Shown here piece by piece: positions 37,602 to 47,475 of a DNA stretch of 64,000 nucleotides. Made by a program: the position numbers and the translations under genes. How positions within the stretch are numbered: position 1 is the first letter of the stretch; each line of letters starts with the position of its first letter. Below the pieces are notes generated by a model, which was not told where the DNA came from, did not search any database, and saw only the letters and a program-made list of their open reading frames with translations. Source of the DNA: Acidobacteriota bacterium (lineage in GTDB: Bacteria > Acidobacteriota > CAIWXX01); the NCBI GenBank assembly GCA_040755995.1, contig JBFMAF010000021.1, forward strand, positions 1-64,000, written 5' to 3'.

Positions 37602-40487
37602 TCAGAAAGAGTAGCGGACTCCGAGCCGGAACAGGCGCGGATTCATGATGTCTGCTACGTAGTTCAGGCGCGAGCTCGACAGTGATTCCGTTACGTGCAG
37701 TGGCGTATTCCGGTTCAGTACGTTGAAGATGTCCAGGTCGAGATTGACAACGCCCTTGTCGCCCAGGCCGATGGCCTTGGACAGGCGCAAGTCCAGCTCG
37801 ATCGGATTCGGAAGCTTGCTCGACCCGATCGGCTGGGCTCGGACTGCGAGGGCAGCCAGCCCCGGATCGACGTAGTACTTGCTGCGGAAGTACACGATCG
37901 GGAAGCCCTCGCGACCGGAAAGGACGCCAGCGACGCTGAAGCCTCTCGGCAATGAGTACACGGCGTTCAGGTTGAACATCCACCTCGGAGTGCTGATCCA
38001 GTAGGCTTCTGCGCCTTCGCTCGCCGACTGAAATGCCGTGTCCTCGCCGTCGATCTCGTTTGTTGGATTGCTGATGCCGGTCGTGCCAGCGAAGTGCCTG
38101 CGGCTGGTCTGCCAACTCGCCCATGCGTTTAGCAGGAGCTTGTCTTCGCACGGACGCTTCATTGCATAGATCTCGACTCCGCGATACGTCTCGCTGTAGC
38201 CGGATCGATTGGTGAGCAGACTGTCTACACCTGCACCGTCCAGCGACCGTCGCTCATCGCTCAGCCGGTAGAACGGCATGTTGTAGGGCGTTCCATCAGG
38301 CAGCGTCCCGGTGATCGTTCCGGCGAGCACGTAGTCGTCGTGTGTATATGGACGATCGGGCCTCTGGTAGTCCGTGCCGACCTTCCAGAGGAGATTGCGC
38401 GCTCGCTGCCAGACGAAGTTCGCTCCTGCGAGGAAGTTGTCGGCGATCTGCCGTTCGCCTCCGATGATGAGCTCAGTCCGGCGTGGTGCCGTGAGCTCCG
38501 GGTCCAGAGCGGTTGTGCTCGGGAGCGGTTCTTCCCAGTCGTATGGTGGGTAGAAATCCACCTCCGACGGCTGCACGTAGCCATCGGCGTTGACGTCGTT
38601 CCAGTAGTAGTCGAGCTCCGTGATGCCCGACGCGATCGGGCTGAGATTCGACACGATTTCCGATCCAAGCTGATCGGCATAGTCTGCGAAGCTGGTTCTG
38701 AGCAAAGTCTTGCCGTCTCCCGTCACGTCGTAGGTCGCGCCGAGCCTCGGCGAGAAATCGTTCCACGTGAAGGGCGCGTCTCTTGCCGCCACATTCACGG
38801 CCGGGAGCACGTCCGGGAACATCTGGTTGGCTGGAGTGCTCGCAGCGAGAATTCCGCCGGCCTGGCGGTCGAACCTGAATCCGAGGTTGAGCACCAGGCG
38901 GTCTCGTGCGAACGAGTCGCCTGCGTAGAAGCTCAGATAGTTGTTTCGCGCGAGGTTGTGCGAAGCGCGCGTCAACCAGGCCGTGCCCGTGTAAGCGTCC
39001 GCGACGACACCCTCGCCCGGCCAGCGGGACACAGACTCGGTGTCGACCCTCCGGAACGAGAAGCCGAACTTGAAGTCGTGGTTGCCCCCAAGCGCGTTCG
39101 AATAGTAGTGTGAGTTCAGAGTCGCCTGCCATTGCGGCCGTTCTGCGACGGAGTCGATGTAAGATCCGTGGTAGACGAGGTTAGCATCGCGCTGCACCTG
39201 CGCGTTCAGGCCGCCCTGCGCTGCCAGGTGATACTTGCTTCGCACAATACCCAGGGTCCCGCTGAGATAGAGATCCGGATTCAACATGTGGCTCAGGTCG
39301 AGCTTGTAGATGTCGGTGGGACTACCGAGGTTCCACGCAGTCTCTGGAGGTCTCGTCGGGCTCGCATCGCGGCCGCGCTCGATCTTGTCTCCCCTCATGT
39401 AGAAGAACGTCAGCGAATCGGAGTCCTTCCACTGACCATTCGTCTTGAAACTGTAGTTCTCGATCTGCGTGTTCTGCGGGCCTTTGTTGACGGCGGCCCT
39501 CTGGATGTCCTGAACGGCGACTGCTCCCCAGTACCACAGCTTGTCCTTGGCGATCGGCCCGCCGAATTCCACACCATACTCCCGCAGCTTGACGAGCTTC
39601 GTCGGGACGAAGCTCGGGTTCCACTTGAAGCCGTCCAGTGTAGTCGCACCATTGGGGTTGGATGGAGATGCCAGATCTTTCGTGTTGTCACTCTGCAGCC
39701 CCTCGCTCGTGGTATAGAACCGCGTCGATCCCCTCGGAGTATCTCCACCACGCTTAGTGATCATGTTGATCGACATGCCGCCGGTGGCGAGTGAGGGATC
39801 GTTCCCGCCGGTGGTGATCTGGATCTCGTCGATCGAGTCGAAGTCATAGTAAGTCGGTGACATGCCGAGCGCGGCCATGTCGGTGATCGTGAGCCCGTCG
39901 AGCACCCACATCGAGTTCTCGCCGCCCACGTCCCCGCGGCAAGTGAGCTCGGGCTGCCGCCCGGCTTCGCTCCCGCCTACGTTCACGCGATCGAGCACAA
40001 TGCCCGGCGTCATCGCCAGGATCGCCCAGGGATCGCGGCTGGTCGGCAGGTTGCGCAGCTCGCCATAGCTCACGTCGCGCCCGAGCCAGGTCCGGCGAGG
40101 GTCGACTCCGAAGCAGCATAGGAGAATCGTCATCGTCTGCGGAGTGCCTGCAGGCTTCAGCAAGATACTGATCTGTGTGGCGCGGCCGCCCTTCACCTCA
40201 ACATGCTTGTATACATACGCTTCAAACCCCTCGGCCTCGCACTGGAGACCGTATCTCCCGCCGCGAAGTCCAATGAACCGGAAGTCGCCGTTGATTCCCG
40301 AGGTCTGATCTGCGACCTGTGTGAGCCCGTCAAACAGGCTCACCTTGGCGCCTGGCAACACGCCGCCGGTCTCATCCTTCACTACGCCACGGATCTCGCC
40401 AGTGGCCTCCTGCGATAGACAGATTCCCGACCCGAGAATGATAAGACAAACGAGTACGGCACATAACCTGATTCCCCTGGTCATCAT
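37602..40487 (-). CDS. TonB-dependent receptor, Oar-like, with carboxypeptidase-regulatory N-domain
   Basis: Signal peptide, GVVKDETGGVLPGA, LPTSRDPW, ITKRGG, FSPRLG, terminal LGVRYSF. Confidence 0.92.
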   Translation of the reverse strand: MMTRGIRLCAVLVCLIILGSGICLSQEATGEIRGVVKDETGGVLPGAKVSLFDGLTQVADQTSGINGDFRFIGLRGGRYGLQCEAEGFEAYVYKHVEVKGGRATQISILLKPAGTPQTMTILLCCFGVDPRRTWLGRDVSYGELRNLPTSRDPWAILAMTPGIVLDRVNVGGSEAGRQPELTCRGDVGGENSMWVLDGLTITDMAALGMSPTYYDFDSIDEIQITTGGNDPSLATGGMSINMITKRGGDTPRGSTRFYTTSEGLQSDNTKDLASPSNPNGATTLDGFKWNPSFVPTKLVKLREYGVEFGGPIAKDKLWYWGAVAVQDIQRAAVNKGPQNTQIENYSFKTNGQWKDSDSLTFFYMRGDKIERGRDASPTRPPETAWNLGSPTDIYKLDLSHMLNPDLYLSGTLGIVRSKYHLAAQGGLNAQVQRDANLVYHGSYIDSVAERPQWQATLNSHYYSNALGGNHDFKFGFSFRRVDTESVSRWPGEGVVADAYTGTAWLTRASHNLARNNYLSFYAGDSFARDRLVLNLGFRFDRQAGGILAASTPANQMFPDVLPAVNVAARDAPFTWNDFSPRLGATYDVTGDGKTLLRTSFADYADQLGSEIVSNLSPIASGITELDYYWNDVNADGYVQPSEVDFYPPYDWEEPLPSTTALDPELTAPRRTELIIGGERQIADNFLAGANFVWQRARNLLWKVGTDYQRPDRPYTHDDYVLAGTITGTLPDGTPYNMPFYRLSDERRSLDGAGVDSLLTNRSGYSETYRGVEIYAMKRPCEDKLLLNAWASWQTSRRHFAGTTGISNPTNEIDGEDTAFQSASEGAEAYWISTPRWMFNLNAVYSLPRGFSVAGVLSGREGFPIVYFRSKYYVDPGLAALAVRAQPIGSSKLPNPIELDLRLSKAIGLGDKGVVNLDLDIFNVLNRNTPLHVTESLSSSRLNYVADIMNPRLFRLGVRYSF

Positions 40488-40587
40488 GCACCTCCGAATT
40501 GTGACCATGCTAACACGCCCATGCACTCTGCCAAACCGACCCAGGCCGGCCTCGAGCATCCAGCCTGAACACCTCTGTTTGTAGCGG

Positions 40588-40603
40588 TGCAATGGGCGTG
40601 CCA
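40588..40603 (-). promoter_or_regulatory. Sigma54 promoter of the first TonB receptor
   Basis: Minus strand TGGCAC-GCCCA-TTGCA. Confidence 0.8.
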
Positions 40604-40822
40604 AGAAACAGCATTCGTCAGGCCGCTGTGACGCACCGCACACATGAACAAGAATTTGAATCGTCGCGCCGGAGATTCGCACCGGCTTGTAAGAAGTTGC
40701 TCTCTGCAAGCCCCCGACGCGGTGATCTGGCGGGCTGGATCGAGGCTCGCGGTGGAGGAAACCCGGTCAGCATGGATGCCCCCTCAGTCGGCCGACCGAC
40801 CCGCTGCGACTGTCTCACGGAG

Positions 40823-41088
40823 GTGGTACACCATTGTCACATTGTGAGAACACGTGCAGAGCCGATCGGCTGGACCAACGTCTCACGAGTATATGAGTTC
40901 CACTATTGCCTTCAGCCCCTCGGCGTCGAACTGTGCCGGATTCTCGGAAATCGACTACGCGATTCACTGGATGCTGCGGCAGGGGATTCACCTCCGCGCG
41001 TTTGTCAGTGCCTTGACCATCTCGATCCTTCCGACGCCTTGGCGACCATCCCCCGTCGTGGTACACTGCTGTCACATCGTGAGAACAC
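40823..41088. repeat. 31-bp imperfect direct repeat (40823-40853 and 41058-41088) with an internal TCACA-n-YGTGA dyad
   Basis: GTGGTACACCATTGTCACATTGTGAGAACAC vs GTGGTACACTGCTGTCACATCGTGAGAACAC (27/31). Confidence 0.8.
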
Positions 41089-41173
41089 TGAGACTACGGG
41101 CGCCGATCCCGACGAACTCTACTAGCCAGTGGGAGCCCGGCCCAGGCTGAACCACGGAAGGAGGAGGGGTTTC

Positions 41174-42811
41174 ATGACACAGATTCGAAGCTGCCCACCC
41201 GGTACGGCGGCGCAGGTTACCCAGCAACAGCACGAGCCGGCCAAGGCCATTCGAGGCCAGACGCTCAAGGACGTCGCTCGGGTGCGCAACGTGGCCCTGA
41301 GGGACCTCCAGGCGGCGAATCCGCAGATCCGCAACCCCAATCAGAAGCTCCGCGCGGGTCAGACCGTCAATCTACCACCCACCAGGGGCGTTATCTGCAA
41401 GGCCACACCAACAGCGAGCGGGCAGAGCGATACGATCGAGCGGGTCCGGCCGAACCTATTCGCGCAGGTTACCCGCACGGGTGCCGATACTCAGCCCGCG
41501 CGTGCCTGGCAGCACGGGAATGCCACTCCAGCTGACCGGCAGCTTCGCGAGAGTGCGTTCAACGACGTGATGCAGGGCGTGAGGAACAGCGGCGCTCAAC
41601 TCGACGCCGCAGACCGGGCGCGCCTACAGGGTGTGCTGGAAGGCCAGTCAGGAGAGCAGCTCGCAAAGACTGCGCAGTTCTTCAAGCAACACGTTGCGGG
41701 ATCGCCCAACGCCCTCCAGGCTGCGCGGACCTTTCTCGACCTGAAAGAGAAGCAGGCCAAGCTGCCGGCATCAGTCGCGGGCAGGCTGAATGATGAGACG
41801 ATCCAGACGCTCACGCGCGCGGTCGCGGATCGCAGGGGACCGGCGCTGGCGGGGGCCAAGGGCATCATGGGGCAGCAGCAGGCCCTCGACGCCGCCGATG
41901 CCATCGCCAAGATGAGCCCGAAGGACCACACAGCGCTTGATGGGCTCTTGCGGTCTGCCGGCACAGGCGGTGCCAGGGGCGCTGACCCGCAAACAGAGAG
42001 GGCGCTGATCCTGAAGGCGGTTGCGGCGCGGCGGGACAGGATCGACACAGAGAAGGCCGGACGATGGGAGACACTGCGGAGGTGGGCCGGGAGGAACACG
42101 AATGCCATGAACGAGGTCAGCGCATACGCAGCCGAAATCCGGGGAAAGCCGAGAGAAGAGCTGTTGAAGAAGTCGACCACGCTGGACCTCAACGAGGACG
42201 CGAAAGACGAGGCCCTGCAGCAGCGGTGGCTCTCCTCTTGCGGTGCCACTGTGACTCAAATGGCCCGCGCCGAAGCCGACCCGATCTATGCCTTGGATTT
42301 GCACAAGCGGGCCGCCGAAGGGATACACCCGGAGAAGATCACGTCTTACGAGGCTGTCCACAAGTCCCAGGTCGCGGATGAACAGAAGAAGATGATGCGA
42401 GAAGCAGGGGTCCGGAGTCTGCGGTCGCGAGGACAGGAGAGCGAGAGCTACTGGGGAACCAATCTCGATACGGATGACAAGACGAAACTCCTGAACAGCC
42501 ACGTGGCGAAGCACACCAACAAGACCTACAGCTACAAGCAGGTCGAAGCAGGCAGGCAGGGGCTTGAAGCCGCACTCAATCGCATAGACGGCAACCTCCG
42601 CCGAGGCGGGGATGTGCCCGTGCTTCTGAAATCCGGCGACGAAGGTCACTATGTACTTCTGAGCGACGTGCGAAACACGCGCGATGGGGTGAAGTACCTG
42701 GTCACCGATCCGTGGGACGGGAAGACAACATGGGTCAAGCGTGAGGACTTTTTGAGGGGCCAGATCCCGGTGACCGGTGGCTCGTATGCATTGCGGGGCT
42801 CATTCGAGTAG
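41174..42811 (+). CDS. LysM-domain protein with C-terminal papain-like (C39-like) peptidase; no signal peptide
   Basis: LysM GQTLKDVAR...LQAANPQI; LQQRWLSSCGAT (Gln/Cys), GHYVLL (His), VTDPWDG (Asp); GGAGGAGG RBS. Confidence 0.8.
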   Translation: MTQIRSCPPGTAAQVTQQQHEPAKAIRGQTLKDVARVRNVALRDLQAANPQIRNPNQKLRAGQTVNLPPTRGVICKATPTASGQSDTIERVRPNLFAQVTRTGADTQPARAWQHGNATPADRQLRESAFNDVMQGVRNSGAQLDAADRARLQGVLEGQSGEQLAKTAQFFKQHVAGSPNALQAARTFLDLKEKQAKLPASVAGRLNDETIQTLTRAVADRRGPALAGAKGIMGQQQALDAADAIAKMSPKDHTALDGLLRSAGTGGARGADPQTERALILKAVAARRDRIDTEKAGRWETLRRWAGRNTNAMNEVSAYAAEIRGKPREELLKKSTTLDLNEDAKDEALQQRWLSSCGATVTQMARAEADPIYALDLHKRAAEGIHPEKITSYEAVHKSQVADEQKKMMREAGVRSLRSRGQESESYWGTNLDTDDKTKLLNSHVAKHTNKTYSYKQVEAGRQGLEAALNRIDGNLRRGGDVPVLLKSGDEGHYVLLSDVRNTRDGVKYLVTDPWDGKTTWVKREDFLRGQIPVTGGSYALRGSFE

Positions 42812-42828
42812 CCGAGAGGGGGTGGAAC

Positions 42829-43266
42829 GTGGCCGAACAGCTAAGTGGAGATCCGGCAATCTACCTGCGCGACGGCTTTTATGCAGCAGACGGTTCCATG
42901 AGAGAGGGCATCGACGGTGAGCACTCGCTCGCGTTGGCGTACAGGCTCAGGAGCGAGGGGCTGAGTCTGGACGGGCTGGACTCGCTGCTGCAGGCAGTCG
43001 GTGACATCGTCGATGCCCACGCGGGGAATGATGTTGAGACCGGTGAGGAGCCCATCTCTGCAGGTGGAATGAAGGCCTTCGACCAGTTGGGCACGAGACC
43101 AGAGGTCACCCGATCAGCCGCTCTCACTTCCGTCTTGTCGGCTGCGCACCCCTGGGTCAGGACATGGCGTGACTATGCAGCCCTCGCCATCCACCTCGAA
43201 CGCGCCCGCAGCCAGCTCGCACTGCTCGCGGTCTGGCCGCAGTTCACCAAACAGGAGCGGAGCTGA
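42829..43266 (+). CDS. Small helical partner of the LysM-peptidase (candidate immunity/chaperone; Csm2-like pattern)
   Basis: 17 nt after the upstream stop, with GAGGGGG RBS; 145 aa. Confidence 0.7.
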   Translation: MAEQLSGDPAIYLRDGFYAADGSMREGIDGEHSLALAYRLRSEGLSLDGLDSLLQAVGDIVDAHAGNDVETGEEPISAGGMKAFDQLGTRPEVTRSAALTSVLSAAHPWVRTWRDYAALAIHLERARSQLALLAVWPQFTKQERS

Positions 43267-43297
43267 TAGACTCCCTGAGCCAGCAGCAGGAACGCAC

Positions 43298-43774
43298 TCA
43301 CTTCCATGCGGTCGCCAGAGACCTGACCAGCTCGAGCGCCTCGTCGACGTGTCTCTGGTAGTGAAGCTGGGAGGAGAAGACCATCCGTACGGTGCCCTGT
43401 TTGTCGATGACATAGGTGACGCGGCCGGGGAGCAACCCGAGCGTCGCTGGCACGCCATATAGCTCACGCACCTTCGACCCTTCATCGCTCAGCAGGATGA
43501 ACGGCAGGCGATTGTCTGCAGCGAAGCGCCGGTGCGACCTCTCAGAGTCAGAGCTGATGCCGATGACTTCGGCACCCGCGTCCTTGAAATCCTCGTATGC
43601 GTCCCGAAACGCGCACGATTCCGCCGTGCATACCGGCGTGTAGTCCTTCGGGTAGAAATAAAGCACAACGCATTTCTTGCCTCGGTAGTCGCTCAGACGC
43701 ACACGCTGGCCTGCCTGCGAACTCAGCTCGAAATCAGGCGCCGCATCACCGACGTCAATCATCTTTCGTGCCAT
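43298..43774 (-). CDS. bcp: Peroxiredoxin BCP/PrxQ
   Basis: YFYPKDYTPVCTAESC, GRVTYVIDK. Confidence 0.92.
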   Translation of the reverse strand: MARKMIDVGDAAPDFELSSQAGQRVRLSDYRGKKCVVLYFYPKDYTPVCTAESCAFRDAYEDFKDAGAEVIGISSDSERSHRRFAADNRLPFILLSDEGSKVRELYGVPATLGLLPGRVTYVIDKQGTVRMVFSSQLHYQRHVDEALELVRSLATAWK

Positions 43775-43841
43775 CGAGAAGGGCCAAAGAGGATCGGGGA
43801 TGTGGCGCCCCTGCACGCCGCAGTCGGCACGGAAGACGGTG

Positions 43842-43911
43842 AGGGGGAGATGCGGGGAACCGTTTCCGGGCTTATCTCCGCGTCTCCGTGTCCCCGCGTC
43901 ACCGCGTCTCT
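43842..43911. repeat. Octamer (CCGCGTCT-like) tandem/inverted intergenic repeat
   Basis: tctccgcgtctccgtgtccccgcgtcaccgcgtctc, preceded by complementary ggagatgcggggaa. Confidence 0.6.
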
Positions 43912-43951
43912 TACGTCGGGTATCGGGCCCCCTTTCGCCTTTCTCCTGCTA

Positions 43952-46309
43952 CTAGTTAATCAGCGGCTTGCCGTTCTTCAGCATGTACGCCATGCGCTCT
44001 TGAGTCTTGGGCATGCCGCAGAGCGACACGAACTCCTCGCGTTCTAGCTCGAGGATGTAGTTCTCGTCGACGGGATTCACCGACGAAGCCCGCTCGCCGC
44101 CCGTCAGTATCCTGGCCTGCTTGAGTGCGATCACGAGGCTGTGCTCCGTGACCTTCTTCTGCTTGAGCGCTCCCTTGAGGTTGTCCTCGATGACGTAGAA
44201 GCCGCCCTTGCCGGGAAGCGTCAGCTCGCGCTGCGGGATCGGCTCGAAGCCCGTGAGCCGACCGATTGCCACTTCCTTCGCTCTCCTGATCTGCAGGTCC
44301 TTGTCGAAGACGATGACATCGGTGGGCCGCAGTAGACCCTGGTCGATGGCATCGTGCGCGGACTTCGAGACCCGGCCCCACCCGATGAGATCCAGTGCCT
44401 TCATTGCCGGAGGCATCGGTCCGGGCTTGTCCTTCGCCGTAGTCTCGATGAGCTGAGCCAGCAACTGCAGGCACCCTCCGCCGGCCGGTACGAGCCCCAC
44501 CCCGACCTCCACAAGGCCGCAGTAGAGCTCGGCGTGCGCCACGCGCACCTGCCCCGCAAGCGTGATCTCCTGCCCGCCGCCGAGCGTCAGGCCGTGAGGC
44601 GCCGTGACGACCGGGAAGTCAGCGTGGTAGAGTGCCATGTTGGCCATCTGCAGCGCCATGCTCACCTGTTCGATCTGCGTGAACATCCGTGCTTTCGCCA
44701 TCTCGAGCATCATCTGGATGTTTGCGCCCGCGCAGAAGTTCTGCCCCTGGCTCCCTATCACCAGGGCCCGGTGCCCCTTCTTCACCTCCCTGATCGCCTG
44801 CCCGATCATCGAGATTACGTAATCGTCGATCGGGTTCATCTCGGGCAAAATGCTCGATGCGATCTCCAGCAAGAGCACGCCGTCGTCCAGATCATAGATC
44901 CGCGCGCTCAGGTTCTCGCGCACGACCTTGTTGCGGTCCTTGAGCGCCTTCAGCAGAATGGCGTCCGCACGCGCCGGCACGCTCTTCATGGACTTCGAGC
45001 CGACGTCGAAGTACAGCGTCTCGACCGGCGTCTGTTTGCAGAGAGTCCGGGTGGAGCCGATGGCGTCCTTCAAGGCCTGCGGCACCCTGATGCTGCATTC
45101 CTGCATCATCTCGGCGGACTTCTCGAGGCCGATAGAGTCCAGGATCTCGATCGGGCCGACCTCCTTGGCGAATCCCCACTTCATCGCGTTGTCGATCGTG
45201 AGCAGGTCGCCGGCGACCTCGCCGATCCGGTTCATCGCGTACGCGGCGCTCGCGAGCACGATCTCGCGAGAGAACCGGCACACGACATCGTCACCGCCTG
45301 GCCATTGGCTGCTGCCCATCATGGCACGAATGCGGTCTGCGGCCCGGGCATACCCGCGCGCTCCGCGCACGACGTCCGACTTCGGCTCCGTCTTGTCCTT
45401 GTACTCCCAGCTCTTCACGTCGAGCGTCTTTATCTTGTCCTTCTCTTTCGTAAAGAACCCGCACTTGGTCTTCTCGCCGAGCTTCTTCTCGCTCACCATG
45501 CGATCGAGGAGAGCCGTCGGCTTCAGATGCTCGCGCTCCTCGTCATCCGGGCAGTTCTGATACTGGTTCATCGCGGCGTGGTACAGGGTGTCGACGCCGA
45601 CCATGTCTGCGAGCCTGAACGTGGCGGTGCGCGGGTTGCCGAGAGCCGGGCCCGTGATCATGTCGATCTGATCGACGCTGAGCCCGTACTTCTCCATCAG
45701 CTGGAATACTTTCATGATCTGGAAGATGCCGACGCGATTGGCGATGAAATTCGGCGTGTCTCTCCCGACTACAGGCTTCTTGCCGATGCGGACGAAATAG
45801 TCCCGCATCGTCTCGATGACGCCGGGAACAGTGTCCTTTCCCGGGATTAGCTCGACCAGCGGCAGGAATCGGACGGGGTTGAAGAAGTGCGTCCCGAGGA
45901 AGTGCTTCCGCATGTCCTCGGAGCAGCCGTCGACCATCCCGCTCACGGAAAGCCCCGACGTGTTTGTCGCGACGATCGATCCCGGCTTGCGATGCTTGTC
46001 GATCTCCTGGAAGGTCTGCTTCTTGATCTTCATCACCTCGGGCACGGCTTCGATGATGACGTCGGCCTTCCCGAGCTCCTCGGCGTACTGCGAGATCGCG
46101 AACGGCTTGATGTACTTCGCGTACTTCGTGGTATAGAGCAGAGGGATCTTGGCGTTCGGATCCTCAAGCAGAGCGATGCACTTCTTGGCGAGCGGCAGAT
46201 CCAGGTCGAAGACGCTCGCACCGATCTGCTGGTTCGCGAACAGGGCGGCGATGCCGCCCCCCATGATGCCTCCGCCGATTACGGCGACATGCTTGATCTC
46301 GCTCGTCAT
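43952..46309 (-). CDS. 3-hydroxyacyl-CoA dehydrogenase / enoyl-CoA hydratase fusion (FadN-like)
   Basis: GGGIMGGGIA, EAVPE, NTSGL, HFFNP, NFIANR, FCAGAN, LGGGQE, KPLIN. Confidence 0.93.
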   Translation of the reverse strand: MTSEIKHVAVIGGGIMGGGIAALFANQQIGASVFDLDLPLAKKCIALLEDPNAKIPLLYTTKYAKYIKPFAISQYAEELGKADVIIEAVPEVMKIKKQTFQEIDKHRKPGSIVATNTSGLSVSGMVDGCSEDMRKHFLGTHFFNPVRFLPLVELIPGKDTVPGVIETMRDYFVRIGKKPVVGRDTPNFIANRVGIFQIMKVFQLMEKYGLSVDQIDMITGPALGNPRTATFRLADMVGVDTLYHAAMNQYQNCPDDEEREHLKPTALLDRMVSEKKLGEKTKCGFFTKEKDKIKTLDVKSWEYKDKTEPKSDVVRGARGYARAADRIRAMMGSSQWPGGDDVVCRFSREIVLASAAYAMNRIGEVAGDLLTIDNAMKWGFAKEVGPIEILDSIGLEKSAEMMQECSIRVPQALKDAIGSTRTLCKQTPVETLYFDVGSKSMKSVPARADAILLKALKDRNKVVRENLSARIYDLDDGVLLLEIASSILPEMNPIDDYVISMIGQAIREVKKGHRALVIGSQGQNFCAGANIQMMLEMAKARMFTQIEQVSMALQMANMALYHADFPVVTAPHGLTLGGGQEITLAGQVRVAHAELYCGLVEVGVGLVPAGGGCLQLLAQLIETTAKDKPGPMPPAMKALDLIGWGRVSKSAHDAIDQGLLRPTDVIVFDKDLQIRRAKEVAIGRLTGFEPIPQRELTLPGKGGFYVIEDNLKGALKQKKVTEHSLVIALKQARILTGGERASSVNPVDENYILELEREEFVSLCGMPKTQERMAYMLKNGKPLIN

Positions 46310-46311
46310 GA

Positions 46312-47460
<1,149 letters not shown>

Positions 47461-47475
47461 CTCCTTCCTGTGATC

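Noticed and set aside
40823..41088. Possible mini-CRISPR from the two 31-bp repeats
   Set aside because: Only two copies, a 204-bp spacer and no cas1/cas2 or effector genes
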